NCBI GenBank assembly: GCA_965249555.1
Contig: OZ252243.1
Coordinates: 64,001-128,000, forward strand
Length of the DNA: 64,000 bases
Reading direction: 5' to 3'
Origin: Nitrosopumilus sp.
GTDB lineage: Archaea > Thermoproteota > Nitrososphaeria > Nitrososphaerales > Nitrosopumilaceae
Shown: in pieces, positions 45,138 through 61,090 of the stretch
Numbering within the stretch: the first letter of the stretch is position 1
Layout of the letters: every line of letters begins with the position of its first letter
Made by a program: the position numbers and the translations under genes
The notes under the pieces: model-generated
Databases searched by the model: none
What the model was told of the DNA's origin: nothing
The model's input: the letters and a program-made list of their open reading frames with translations, nothing else

Positions 45138-47696
45138 ATGCAAGTAAACGTAGCAGAAACCGGAAAAATTGAATCAATGCCACCATCAATGTTAGTATCA
45201 GCTACATATGACAACATTTCAAAATCTGCTGTTTTAAAATTCTATGAACCAGAATCACAGAAATTAATTTTATGGAAAGATGAAACAGGTCACAAACCTT
45301 ACTGTTATTCAAGATTAGCACCAGAAGAATTAGAGTTTCTTCAAGAAAGAGATGATGTTCTTGAAATCAAAACCGTTCAACGATATGATTTGATACAAGA
45401 CAAAGAAATTGACATGTCAAAAATTACGGTTGCAGATCCGCTAGCAATTGGGGGAACAGTTGGTGATAAAAGCATTAGAAACATAATTGAAACTTGGGAG
45501 TCAGATATCAAATATTATGAAAACTATCTTTATGACAGAAAATTAATTGTTGGAAAGTATTATGAAATTATAGATGGAAAAATAAAACCACATGATTTAG
45601 AAATTTCAGATGAAGTTAAAATTGCATTGAAGAGTTTGTTGTGGGATAAAGTAGATAGTGAAAGCATGGTTGATGCTGAACAATTCAAAAAATTCATTTC
45701 AGAATGGGCAGATTTACTAAATCAGCCAATTCCAAAAATCAAGAGGTTGAGTGTAGATATTGAAGTAGAAGCAGTGATCGGACGAATTCCAGATCCCAAA
45801 GTTGCAGAGAAAAAAGTAACTGCAATTGGACTCAAAGGAACTGACGGATTTGATCAGATTTTCGTGCTCAAAACAGAGGGAACTGAAGAAGGAGTAAACG
45901 AATTGGACAAAAATATCAAGATTGTCTTTTATGATCTAGACAAAGAAAAAGAGATGATACAAGATGCGTTTGATATTATCAAAGAGTTTCCATTTGTTGT
46001 CACATATAATGGAGATGAATTTGATCTGCCATATCTTTACAACCGAGCAGAAAGACTTGGAATCAAAAACTCAATGAATCCACTTTATATGATGAGAAAT
46101 TCTGCAACACTAAAGCAAGGAGTTCATATTGATTTGTACAGAACTTTTTCAAATCGTGCATTTCAAATCTATGTATTCAGTCAAAAATATACAAATTTTT
46201 CACTAAACAGTGTCTCAAAGGCTTTGCTTGGTAAAGAAAAGATAGACTATGGATTAGAGTTTGATCAGTTAACCCTCTATCAAACTGCAAATTATTGTTA
46301 CAATGATGCTCTACTGACATACGAGTTAACCAGTTTTAACAATGATTTACTGATGAACATGCTTGTAATTATTGCAAGGATTGGCAGAATGCCAATTGAT
46401 GATATTGCAAGGATGGGAGTTTCTCAATGGATTAGAAGTTTGTTTTATTATGAACACAGGAAAAGAAATTGTTTAATTCCAAAAAGAGAAGAACTTGAAA
46501 GAAGATCAGAAGGGGTTCTATCAGATGCAGTAATAAAAGATAAAAAATTCAGAGGAGGTCTTGTAATTGATCCTAAAAAAGGAATTCATTTTGATGTAGT
46601 TGTAATGGATTTTGCCAGTCTATATCCTAGTATTATCAAAGTTAGAAACATATCATATGAAACAGTAAGATGCCCCCATGAAGAATGCAAAAAAAATACA
46701 ATTCCACAAACAAATCATTGGGCATGTTTAAAGAAAAATGGACTTACATCAATGATTATTGGTTCACTAAGAGACTTGAGAGTAAATTACTACAAAAGTC
46801 TAGCAAAAAAGGAGACATTAACTGATGAACAAAGACAACAGTATACGGTAGTCAGTCAAGCGCTAAAGGTAATTCTAAATGCAAGTTATGGAGTCATGGG
46901 TGCAGAAATATTTCCATTGTATTTTCTTCCAGCAGCAGAGGCAACAACTGCAATTGGTAGACACACAATCTTAGAGACAATTAAAAAATGCGAAGAGACA
47001 GGTATTGAAGTTCTTTATGGAGATACGGATTCATTATTTATCAAAAAACCAACTGAAGAGCAGATTCAGCAAGTAATAGAGCAAGCAAAAAAAGATCACG
47101 GAGTAGATTTAGAGATTGACAAAACATACAGATATTGTGTATTAAGTGATAGAAAGAAAAATTATTTTGGTGTAACAAAAGAAGGGAAAGTTGACGTTAA
47201 AGGACTCACAGGAAAGAAATCACACACACCAGGATTTATCAAAAAATTATTTTATGAGTTGCTGGATGTACTAGCAAAAGTCCAAACAATGGAAGATTTC
47301 CAAAAAGCAAAAAATGAAATCTCAGAAAAGATTGCAGTATGTGGAAAAAAGGTAGAAACAAAAGAGATACCACTAGAAGACCTAACATTCAATGTAATGC
47401 TTAGCAAGGCACCATCAGAATATGTAAAAACAATCCCCCAACACATCAGGGCTGCAAAGCAATTAGAAGGAACAAGAGAGATAAAAAAAGGAGACATTAT
47501 CTCATTCATTAAAACTCAAAACAAACCAGGAGTAAAACCAGTAGAGTTGGCAAAGAAAGAAGAGATTGATTCTAAAAAATACATGGAATTTTTAGAATCA
47601 ACACTAGAGCAAATAACATCATCAATGGATTTGGATTTTGACATGATTTTAGGAAAACCAAAACAAACAGGATTGGACGAATTTTTTTGGAGTTAG
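45138..47696 (+). CDS. polB: family B DNA polymerase (PolB1)
   Basis: ExoI DIEV, YNGDEFD, DFASLYPSII, KVILNASYG, YGDTDS. Confidence 0.95.
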   Translation: MQVNVAETGKIESMPPSMLVSATYDNISKSAVLKFYEPESQKLILWKDETGHKPYCYSRLAPEELEFLQERDDVLEIKTVQRYDLIQDKEIDMSKITVADPLAIGGTVGDKSIRNIIETWESDIKYYENYLYDRKLIVGKYYEIIDGKIKPHDLEISDEVKIALKSLLWDKVDSESMVDAEQFKKFISEWADLLNQPIPKIKRLSVDIEVEAVIGRIPDPKVAEKKVTAIGLKGTDGFDQIFVLKTEGTEEGVNELDKNIKIVFYDLDKEKEMIQDAFDIIKEFPFVVTYNGDEFDLPYLYNRAERLGIKNSMNPLYMMRNSATLKQGVHIDLYRTFSNRAFQIYVFSQKYTNFSLNSVSKALLGKEKIDYGLEFDQLTLYQTANYCYNDALLTYELTSFNNDLLMNMLVIIARIGRMPIDDIARMGVSQWIRSLFYYEHRKRNCLIPKREELERRSEGVLSDAVIKDKKFRGGLVIDPKKGIHFDVVVMDFASLYPSIIKVRNISYETVRCPHEECKKNTIPQTNHWACLKKNGLTSMIIGSLRDLRVNYYKSLAKKETLTDEQRQQYTVVSQALKVILNASYGVMGAEIFPLYFLPAAEATTAIGRHTILETIKKCEETGIEVLYGDTDSLFIKKPTEEQIQQVIEQAKKDHGVDLEIDKTYRYCVLSDRKKNYFGVTKEGKVDVKGLTGKKSHTPGFIKKLFYELLDVLAKVQTMEDFQKAKNEISEKIAVCGKKVETKEIPLEDLTFNVMLSKAPSEYVKTIPQHIRAAKQLEGTREIKKGDIISFIKTQNKPGVKPVELAKKEEIDSKKYMEFLESTLEQITSSMDLDFDMILGKPKQTGLDEFFWS

Positions 47697-47702
47697 TACA
47701 AC

Positions 47703-47993
47703 ATGGAAGTTGATGGAATTCTACTAACGCTACTTGGAACTGCAGCAGGAGTGTTAATTCTTACTGGATGGGTAAAGCAAATTTACAAGGGATATAAAAC
47801 AAAGAGTCTAAAAGACGTTTCAAAATTTCTTATGATCTTTATTTCTGCTGGAGCAATCTTGTGGTTAATTTATGGAATTATAGTATCAGATGTATTTATC
47901 ATAGGCACAAATATTGCAGCAATAGTTCTGATGATGATAGTACTAACAATGAAGAAAAGATATGATGAGCAATCAAAAATAAACCAAGTCTAA
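47703..47993 (+). CDS. SemiSWEET/PQ-loop family transporter
   Basis: Three TM segments, QIYKGYKTKSLKDVS, WLIYG, N motif. Confidence 0.8.
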   Translation: MEVDGILLTLLGTAAGVLILTGWVKQIYKGYKTKSLKDVSKFLMIFISAGAILWLIYGIIVSDVFIIGTNIAAIVLMMIVLTMKKRYDEQSKINQV

Positions 47994-48008
47994 TCAAGGA
48001 TTAAATAA

Positions 48009-48680
48009 ATGAGAAAAGAGTCAAAGAAGATGTTTGTAATAAATTGTAAAAATTATGAAGAGATTTCAGGAGATAAAATAATTAAATTTATAAAAATAGC
48101 TGAAAAAGTATCTAAAAAATACAAAGTAAAAATTGCCATATCTCCACCTCAACATCTTATAGGATTAGTTGCAAATAGTTCAATACAAATTTTAGCACAA
48201 CATATTGATGATTTTAAAGTAGGAAGTACAACAGGTTTTGTAATTCCAGAATTGTTAAAAAAATCCAAAGTTAAAGGATCATTAATCAATCATAGTGAAC
48301 ATAGAATTTCAAGCAAAGAGATACAAAAACTAGTTTTAAAATTAAAAGAATTAAAGATGACATCAATTGTATGTGTAAAAGATGTTGCAGAAGTTAAAAA
48401 GTATGTAAAACTAAATCCAGACTATATTGCAATAGAACCACCAGAACTGATTGGTTCAGGAAAGGCAGTTTCTAAAGAAAAACCAGAGTTAATTGTAAAA
48501 GCTGTAAATGCAGTAAAGAATACAAATACAAAACTACTTTGTGGTGCAGGAATTGTTTCTGGAGAAGATGTTGTAAAAGCATTAGAACTAGGATCAAAAG
48601 GAATTCTAGTTGCAAGTGGAATTATCAAAGCAAAGAACTGGAATAAAATAATTTCTGAATTTGCTGAGGCATTGGTTTAA
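48009..48680 (+). CDS. tpiA: triosephosphate isomerase (archaeal type)
   Basis: INCKNY, INHSEHR, IAIEPPELIGSG, LCGAGI, LVASG. Confidence 0.93.
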   Translation: MRKESKKMFVINCKNYEEISGDKIIKFIKIAEKVSKKYKVKIAISPPQHLIGLVANSSIQILAQHIDDFKVGSTTGFVIPELLKKSKVKGSLINHSEHRISSKEIQKLVLKLKELKMTSIVCVKDVAEVKKYVKLNPDYIAIEPPELIGSGKAVSKEKPELIVKAVNAVKNTNTKLLCGAGIVSGEDVVKALELGSKGILVASGIIKAKNWNKIISEFAEALV

Positions 48681-48707
48681 AAAGCCAAAAAATTCATAAA
48701 ATTTCGC

Positions 48708-51386
48708 ATGTCAAAAACAAAACCAGTTTATGCATTTGAAGAAGCAGATAGTAAAAACAGAATGCTTCTAGGCGGAAAAGGTGCAGGATTAAGTGAGATG
48801 ACCAGACTTAAACTTCCAGTACCACCAGGATTTATCATTACAACTGAAGTTTGTAACAAGTATTATGATAACAACAGAAAACTTTCCAAAGATGTGATGC
48901 CATTAGTAATGAAAAATATTGCAAAAATGGAAAAAAAGACAGGCAAAAAATGGAATTCAACAAGAAACCCACTACTAGTTTCAGTTCGTTCTGGTGCAGC
49001 TGTCTCAATGCCAGGAATGATGGACACAATTTTGAATTTAGGATTAAATGAGAAAACAGTGAAAGGATTCGCTGAACAGACAAGAAATCCACGCTTCTCA
49101 TGGGATTCGTATAGGAGATTTATTCAGTTATTTGGTAAAGTTGTATTTGGAGTAAATGATGAAAAATTTGATCATGTCTTAGACTCTGCAAAGACCAAAC
49201 AGGGGGTGACTGAGGACAGTAAACTAAACGTTGAATCATTAAAGAAAATTGTATCAGAATATAAAAAAATCTGCGAGACACATACAAAGAGAAAATTCCC
49301 AGATGCCCCTAACGAACAATTAGGATTAGCAATAGAGGCCGTATTCAAAAGCTGGATGGGGGAAAGGGCAATAGTGTATCGTGAAAAAAACAACATTACA
49401 AGAAACATTGCCAATGGAACTGCAGTAAATGTCGTCACAATGGTATTTGGAAATATGGGTGATGATAGTGCAACAGGAGTTGTATTTACAAGGAATGGCA
49501 GTAATGGTAAAAAAGAGATGGAAGGTGAATATCTGATTAATGCCCAAGGGGAAGATGTTGTTGCAGGAGTTAGAACTGGAAAAAATATTGAATTATTAAA
49601 AAAAGACATGCCAAAATCCTACAAAGAATTAAGTAATGCATGTACAAGATTAGAGAGACATTTCAGAGAGCCACAAGATATTGAATTTACCATTGAACAA
49701 GGTAAATTCTATCTATTACAAACAAGAACTGCAAAGATGAGTGCGGCTGCACTTGTAAAAACATCAGTTGACATGGTAAAAGAAAAATTAATTGATAAAA
49801 ATAATGCACTTACAAGAATTCCAGCACAACAATTAGAAGCATTACTTCATAGAACAATGGATGAATCAGAGATTAAAAATTATAAACAATTGGCAAAAGG
49901 AATTGCAGCATCACCAGGAGCTGCAAGTGGAATTGTAATATTTAACGTAAAAAAAGCGATTGAATTAGGGGAAACAGGAAAAAAAGTCATTCTAATAAGA
50001 AAAGAGACAAAACCAGAAGATGTTCCCGCATTCTTCTCAGCAGAGGGGATTTTGACCAGTTTGGGAGGAAAATCATCTCATGCAGCAATAGTCTCAAGAG
50101 GAATGGGAAAGCCATGCATTGTAGGATGCGCAGAATTAAAAATTGATTATGATGATAACACATGTACTGCAAATGGAACAACCATCAAAGAAGGGGAAAC
50201 AGTTTCAATTGATGGAAGTACAGGTATTGTCTTTGTTGGAGAGATTCCAACAGTGGAACCAAAAGTCACAAAAGACTTTGAGCAGATTTTAGAATGGGCA
50301 CAAAAAACAAAAACACTAGGAATCAGAGCAAATGCAGATACCCCAGAAGGGGCTAAACTTGCAAGAAAGTTTGGAGGCCAAGGAATTGGTTTGTGCAGAA
50401 CAGAAAGAATGTTCAACGGAAGGGATAGAATTAATTTATTTGTAAAAATGATTATGGCTGAAAATATTGAAGAACGAAATAAAATATTGAAGAAATTAGG
50501 ACAATTGCAAAAAAGTGACTTTATTGAAATTCTAAAGGCAATGGAGGGGTATGAGGTTACAATCAGACTATTAGATCCGCCATTGCATGAATTCTTGCCA
50601 AATCCTGAAGAACAAGCAGAAAAGATTCGCAGATTAGAAGTAGAGAATGCAACAGATGAAATTAAAGAAGCAAAAATAGTTCTAAAAAGAGCACACGAAC
50701 TTGCAGAAGTTAATCCAATGATGGGGCATAGAGGAGTAAGAGTTGGAATTACATATCCAGAAATTTATGAGATGCAAATTCGTGCGGTCTTTGAAGCTCT
50801 AGTGGAATTGACTAAAAAGAATGTTAAAACCCACCCACAAATTATGATTCCACAGATTAGCAGTATTGCTGAATTAAATCATATAAAGAAAATTTATGAT
50901 TCCATTAAAAAAGAGATTGAAACCAAAAATAAAATGAGACTAACAATTAACTTTGGAACTATGATCGAAGTAGTGAGAGCGGCATTAACTGCAAATGAGC
51001 TTGTAAGTACGGCTGAATTCTTTAGTTTTGGGACAAACGACTTGACGCAAGGAACATTTAGTTTCAGCAGAGAAGATGTGGAAGGAAAATTCCTTCCAGA
51101 ATATATGGAAAAAGAACTGCTGGAAAGAAATCCATTTCAATCAATTGATGAAAATGGTGTTGGTAGTTTAATGAAAATAGGCATTGCCCATGGACGTAAA
51201 GTTAGACCAAACATGGAAATTGGCATATGCGGAGAACACGGAGGAGATCCAGATTCTATCAAGTTCTGCCATAGTGAAGGTCTTAGTTATGTAAGTGCAT
51301 CACCACATAGAATTCCAATTGCAATTGTTGCTGCAGCACAAGCAGCAATTGAGCAACCAAAAAAGAAAAGATCAAAGAAAAAATAA
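48708..51386 (+). CDS. ppdK: pyruvate, phosphate dikinase
   Basis: LGGKGAGL, SVRSGA, MPGMMDT, SSHAAIV, GLCRTE, SFGTNDLTQ, ICGEHGG. Confidence 0.95.
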   Translation: MSKTKPVYAFEEADSKNRMLLGGKGAGLSEMTRLKLPVPPGFIITTEVCNKYYDNNRKLSKDVMPLVMKNIAKMEKKTGKKWNSTRNPLLVSVRSGAAVSMPGMMDTILNLGLNEKTVKGFAEQTRNPRFSWDSYRRFIQLFGKVVFGVNDEKFDHVLDSAKTKQGVTEDSKLNVESLKKIVSEYKKICETHTKRKFPDAPNEQLGLAIEAVFKSWMGERAIVYREKNNITRNIANGTAVNVVTMVFGNMGDDSATGVVFTRNGSNGKKEMEGEYLINAQGEDVVAGVRTGKNIELLKKDMPKSYKELSNACTRLERHFREPQDIEFTIEQGKFYLLQTRTAKMSAAALVKTSVDMVKEKLIDKNNALTRIPAQQLEALLHRTMDESEIKNYKQLAKGIAASPGAASGIVIFNVKKAIELGETGKKVILIRKETKPEDVPAFFSAEGILTSLGGKSSHAAIVSRGMGKPCIVGCAELKIDYDDNTCTANGTTIKEGETVSIDGSTGIVFVGEIPTVEPKVTKDFEQILEWAQKTKTLGIRANADTPEGAKLARKFGGQGIGLCRTERMFNGRDRINLFVKMIMAENIEERNKILKKLGQLQKSDFIEILKAMEGYEVTIRLLDPPLHEFLPNPEEQAEKIRRLEVENATDEIKEAKIVLKRAHELAEVNPMMGHRGVRVGITYPEIYEMQIRAVFEALVELTKKNVKTHPQIMIPQISSIAELNHIKKIYDSIKKEIETKNKMRLTINFGTMIEVVRAALTANELVSTAEFFSFGTNDLTQGTFSFSREDVEGKFLPEYMEKELLERNPFQSIDENGVGSLMKIGIAHGRKVRPNMEIGICGEHGGDPDSIKFCHSEGLSYVSASPHRIPIAIVAAAQAAIEQPKKKRSKKK

Positions 51387-51429
51387 TCAACACTAAACAA
51401 ACTAAATACTTGCATTATCTACTATTTCT

Positions 51430-51819
51430 ATGAATAACCTCAATGCCACATCAATTGATCATGTAAATATGAAGGTCAAAGATTTGGAGAAAAGTGTAGA
51501 ATTTTACAAAAATCTTTTTGGCTTTGAGATAAAACAAGAAGAAAATTCAAACAAGCTAGATGCGCCATCAAAAATCATTGGAAATGATACAATCAAGCTA
51601 TGCTTGTATGAAATACCTGAAATGTCACCAGAGGGAGGAATTGCTCATTTTGGATTCAATGTCACAAATTTTAATGAAATAATTCAAAAATGCAAAGAAC
51701 TTGAGGTAGAGGTGTTATATGGAGGTCCAGTAGAGTGGGAAAAATCAAAATCAGTTTACATTAAAGATCCTAGTGGATACGAAATAGAACTGGGCAAAGT
51801 TTCTGGTGGCGGGTTATAA
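51430..51819 (+). CDS. VOC/glyoxalase family protein
   Basis: IDHVN, FYKNLFG, HFGF, YIKDPSGYEIEL. Confidence 0.88.
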   Translation: MNNLNATSIDHVNMKVKDLEKSVEFYKNLFGFEIKQEENSNKLDAPSKIIGNDTIKLCLYEIPEMSPEGGIAHFGFNVTNFNEIIQKCKELEVEVLYGGPVEWEKSKSVYIKDPSGYEIELGKVSGGGL

Positions 51820-52588
51820 AAAAATTCTAAACTGATATCATTAACATAGTTATACCAAATTCATTTTTTTGATCTTGTTTTTGCATTACTGCTGATCTTC
51901 GCTTAATACCAATCATGATGATATGATCAATCGTGAAAAATTTGTCATTCTAAGACTAATACGTGATAAACACATATTCTAACTGTTGGATTTCACATCA
52001 ATTAATGAAATGTAAATTGTGGAAGGATTACAGAAAATAAGATACCAATGCCAATTAACGACATGCCAACAACAAGCCAACCTCTAAGACCCATACTGTA
52101 TTGTCATGTTAATTTTGCAGATAAATCTTGACATGTTTGATTCGAAACTTTTACGTTTCTTCTTGACCACAATGAATACATCTCTTTGATGATAGTATCT
52201 CAAACCATGCAAAATTATGAACGAATCCTTCTTTACAACCCATAGAGTATCAAAAACAGACATAGATTCAAGAGTTATTGTCAAAAACAATATCGATCTA
52301 AATTTAGATTCTAAACCATTAGTTTCAATACGCTTAAGTTGATACAATATATGGAAAAATATGGGATTAATGGATAGACTACGTAAGTGCTGCATTATGA
52401 AAAAAGTCAGAGACAAGGCAGATGATTCTGAAGAAGAAGAACCAAAAAATAGTGAAAAGTCTGACGAGTCAAAAGATTAGGCTCGTTTTGTTTCCCAATT
52501 GAGTCAAGTTATTTGTGCCTAGGAGCACATCACTAAGAGAATAAAACAAACAGTTCTAATAGTGCCTACAAAACATCAGGAATAAGAT

Positions 52589-52735
52589 ATGAAATACATG
52601 TGCAGAACCTGTAAGAAAAAATGTGATGATATTCCAAAACACATGATGACAGTACATAAATTCTCAAAATCAATTGTAGAGGCCCAACTCAAAGCAAACC
52701 CAAATTGTTATAAAAATTCCTTTACGGAATTATAA
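52589..52735 (+). CDS. C2H2-type Zn-finger microprotein, 48 aa
   Basis: Translated by hand: MKYMCRTCKKKCDDIPKHMMTVHKF. Confidence 0.6.
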   Translation: MKYMCRTCKKKCDDIPKHMMTVHKFSKSIVEAQLKANPNCYKNSFTEL

Positions 52736-52817
52736 CAAATAATTGAAATCTGGAATTTTGAGAAATTTAATCATAAAACTATAGATTTTAAAACTAATTA
52801 GATCTATCCTAAACGAA

Positions 52818-53375
52818 TTGTTTCCTAGAATTGATTCTATCAAACAGATAAGACAAAAGTTAGGCATTACTCAGAAAAAACTTGCCACAATGACTGGGGT
52901 TAGCACTTCAATGATCAACCAGATAGAATCAGGAAGAAGTCAACCAAGCTATGATACAGCAAAGAAAATTTTTGACAATCTTGCAAAATTAAAAGGGGAA
53001 TCATCTTCGCATATTGCAGGGGATTTTTGTAGTAAAGATATAGTAAAACTAAAACCAACAAATACACTTCATGATGCAATCAAAAAGATGCACCAATTAT
53101 CAATTAGTCAGATTCCTGTTTTTAATAATACAGAGATTGTAGGAATAATATCTGAAGATGGTATTGTAAAACATCTAGCAGATAGTGGAGAAACAGAACT
53201 CAAAAAAGCTAAACTAGTAGACACTATGGAACCTATTCCACCAATAGTCGACTATGATACACCAGCAAATGTTCTTGTTCCATTAATTAGATACTCTAAA
53301 TGTATTCTAGTTTCAAAGAAATCAAAAATTGTAGGAATAATTACAGCTTCTGATACTTTGAAAATGATGGAATGA
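52818..53375 (+). CDS. XRE-HTH plus CBS-pair transcriptional regulator
   Basis: RQKLGITQKKLA...INQIESG and two CBS repeats (GIISEDG, GIITASD). Confidence 0.9.
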   Translation: MFPRIDSIKQIRQKLGITQKKLATMTGVSTSMINQIESGRSQPSYDTAKKIFDNLAKLKGESSSHIAGDFCSKDIVKLKPTNTLHDAIKKMHQLSISQIPVFNNTEIVGIISEDGIVKHLADSGETELKKAKLVDTMEPIPPIVDYDTPANVLVPLIRYSKCILVSKKSKIVGIITASDTLKMME

Positions 53376-53771
53376 CTATTCAGGATGAGAGCAGAGCTCT
53401 GTCAATACACCGTAAAGTGATCTTGGATGAATGAAAGTAACTTTGGTTCCCGCAGAGCCAGGTCTTATTTTACCTAAGAACTGTATTCCGCATCCTTCCA
53501 TTCGTTCTACTTCACCTTCAATGTTATCAGTCTCTAACGCTAGATGATGCAGACCTTGTCCTTTTTTCTCCAAGAATTTTTTGATTGGACTAGCATCATT
53601 TGTTGGTTGTATTAATTCGATTCGTCCATTTTCTAAATGAAGGATTGCAACTTTGACACCTTCAGATTCTACTGTTTCAAATTCTACACTGTCAACACCT
53701 AGTGCTTGTTGGTATATTTTGGCTGATTCCTCTACATCATTCACTGCAATTGCAATATGATCAATCTTCAT
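53376..53771 (-). CDS. mce: methylmalonyl-CoA epimerase
   Basis: IDHIAIAV, RIELIQP, GLHHLAL, FIHP...GVLTEL. Confidence 0.9.
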   Translation of the reverse strand: MKIDHIAIAVNDVEESAKIYQQALGVDSVEFETVESEGVKVAILHLENGRIELIQPTNDASPIKKFLEKKGQGLHHLALETDNIEGEVERMEGCGIQFLGKIRPGSAGTKVTFIHPRSLYGVLTELCSHPE

Positions 53772-53899
53772 CTAAAAGACCTCTTCACTAAACATTTTTT
53801 GTGGGTTTTATTTATTGTATATAATGCATTACTTCCACTATGGAGACCATCAGTTATCGTGTGATTAAGACCAAAAGTGAGATTGATTCTCATACAGAT

Positions 53900-54260
53900 A
53901 CCATTATGCCTCAATGTAAAAGAGTTCTTGAATCACTCCAGATAGGTCAAATTATTGAGGCAAGAAAAGATTGCAAAAAAGCTTGGAATTTCAACTAGTA
54001 CAGTTTACAGAACCATACAAAAATTGCGTGAAGAAAGTAATCGCTGGCTAGTAAATCTAGCAAGAAGATACTGCAAGTTTATACAAAGAAGCACTAGACG
54101 GATTAAAGCAAGATCTAGTCTATCTATACGAATTATCACAAGAAGAAGATGTAAAGAATAATCCAAAACTTTGCTTACAGATAAGACGAGAAATAACTCA
54201 TGTTTGTTCTGAATATCTAAAGAATTTGTTGCAAGGTCCAGTTGTGTGGTCTGGAGGTAT
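53900..54260 (+). pseudogene. degraded HTH protein (boundaries approximate)
   Basis: RQEKIAKKLGISTSTVYRTIQKL HTH, with frameshifts. Confidence 0.5.
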
Positions 54261-54394
54261 TATCAAAGAATTCTATTGGAGAACCAGTTCCTCTACCAAC
54301 AATGGAGGCTTTGAAAGGAATTTCAAGAGTAAGATAATGATTTCAAGTAATAATATTTAATTTGATATTTAAAGTCAGGATTATTAATCAAATC

Positions 54395-54664
54395 ATGCAA
54401 AAACTAGAGTCAAAACTCATACCGGAAGTTAAAATTCAAAACACAGTAACTACAGCTGATCTTAAACAACAAATTGACATTGGATCTTTTAATGAATATG
54501 AATTTCTAAGTTCAAATCTAGATTTGTATGCATGCGGATATGTCAAAGACGATAAAATGGTTGGAAGAGTGACTGTCTTTAGAAGTGGAAAACTAATTTC
54601 CGTAGGAACAGAGTCCAGAACAATCTGAAAAAGAGTTAAAAAAAAGCATTAAAAATTTTACAAA
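54395..54664 (+). pseudogene. divergent TBP-family paralog, N-terminal half
   Basis: VKIQNTVTTADL...VTVFRSGKLISVG; small frameshifts near 54620-54645. Confidence 0.75.
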
Positions 54665-55083
54665 TGCAGGATTGCATTTCTCATTGACGGAAAGGATGGA
54701 GAACTGCTGGGAGTCTCAAATGTCACACTATCCAATAGGATAGTCTCGTCGCATTTTGGCGGGTATGATAATACGGCACTATTAGAGTACACATACAACT
54801 ATCCTGGCTCGTATCTCTCATCGGTTCTAAACATCACCGCGATAAACTCTGACGGGAGCATCAACAATATACCAATCCATGCAGAGCTGGATGTGATAAT
54901 ACCCAACACAAACAGGACGATGTATCTGGCCGAATATATGGCATCACACATACGTGGCATGGGATATAAGATGATAAAAGAGGAAAATTTGAATTCATGT
55001 GTTGAGATTATGGATCATACTCGATTCCATGGGATTAAAATGTCAGAGATATTAAACCCCCATTGCATGACTGACATTCAATT

Positions 55084-55186
55084 CCAATTCCTTCTTCCAA
55101 TTCCTTCTTCCAATTCCTTCTTCCAATTCCTTCTTCCAATTCCTTCTTCCAATTCCTTCTTCCAATTCCTTCTTCCAATTCCTTCT
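55084..55186 (+). repeat. 13-bp tandem repeat (CCAATTCCTTCTT) x7 plus 12-nt partial
   Basis: Counted directly; ends 17 nt before the Type ISP ATG. Confidence 0.97.
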
Positions 55187-55203
55187 ATCAGGGGCAAATC
55201 TGA

Positions 55204-60047
<4,844 letters not shown>

Positions 60048-60559
60048 AGAATCAAACCCAATACACATAGCGCCTGCAATGGCAGAAGGATATCCGGTAT
60101 GGTTTGCCAATTTCTCAGACTGTTCAATTCGGGACATGTAAAGTTCAACAATAATTCCAACTAGACTCAAGTAAAAAATGTAAGAAGGTTATGAATATTT
60201 ATGATTTGTCGTATTCATCATTGTTGGAATTCTCTTGATCAGCGTGATTATCTTGATCATACTCTTCCTGTGTTTTGTCTGGATCGCCGTCTCTATGGCT
60301 CATTTTTTATCAAAGTCAAGTACATTTTTGTACTATAAAATCTTTGATAAGATGAGTGCGAAAATATAAGACAGTTATTGGCTTAAGATGGTTTCTTAAT
60401 TTTCTTACAAGTTGAATTTTGGTTTTAATACACTTATTGCATAAGACTCAAATAATTTACGTTGCCTTTCATCTGCCATCCTTCTATATCTTACCTTGTA
60501 CCATTTCAAGTCATCAAGATCTAAACCTGTCTTTTGTTTTAGAATCAGAATATCTCAGA

Positions 60560-60830
60560 ATCTGAAATAATAAGGTCCTTTGAGAACTCTGCCGAGATTT
60601 TGGATCTATCAAAGGTTATGCAAAAGAATTACCCATCCATGATGCACTATCTGATTCGTGACACCATCAGCTTTAGGATAATTGACGCGCTAATGCACGA
60701 CCCTGACATCGAGGATATAACGTGTGAGAACAAGTAAGTACCAGTTGGTGTTATTCACAGAAGATATCCCGAGTTCTTTGTAATGGATACCAACATACTC
60801 TTTGGGGATTCTGATACAAAGGACTCACTT
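60560..60830 (+). pseudogene. internal fragment of a type II/IV secretion ATPase (N-domain)
   Basis: Translated by hand: HYLIRD...IIDALMHDPDIEDITCE...PVGVIHR...DTNI. Confidence 0.65.
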
Positions 60831-60836
60831 GAGATA

Positions 60837-61085
60837 TTTACAAAAACATAAACTAGCAAAACTAGTTAAAATCATCCCACAAGTAAGAAATATCGTATCC
60901 AGATTTGATTTAGAAAAAAACTAGACATTGAGAAATTGGCAAGAACATTACCTAAATGTTTGTACGAACCTGAACAATTTCCGGGATTGATTTATAGAAT
61001 GCAAGGTAGTTGTGTGGCATTACTATTTGCATCAGGTAAAGGAGTTATTGTAGGTGCCAAATCAATTGAAGAAATTAATTTAAAA
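60837..61085 (+). pseudogene. divergent TBP-family paralog, C-terminal half
   Basis: RNIVSRFDL...[21 protein letters not shown]...[14 protein letters not shown]. Confidence 0.8.
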
Positions 61086-61090
61086 TCAAA

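Noticed and set aside
45138-47696. Casposon or viral polymerase
   Set aside because: Cellular PolB1 motifs in a housekeeping neighbourhood; no cas1 and no TIRs
52084-52416. 110-aa minus-strand ORF
   Set aside because: Atypical composition; the plus strand looks like a decayed gene that I could not identify
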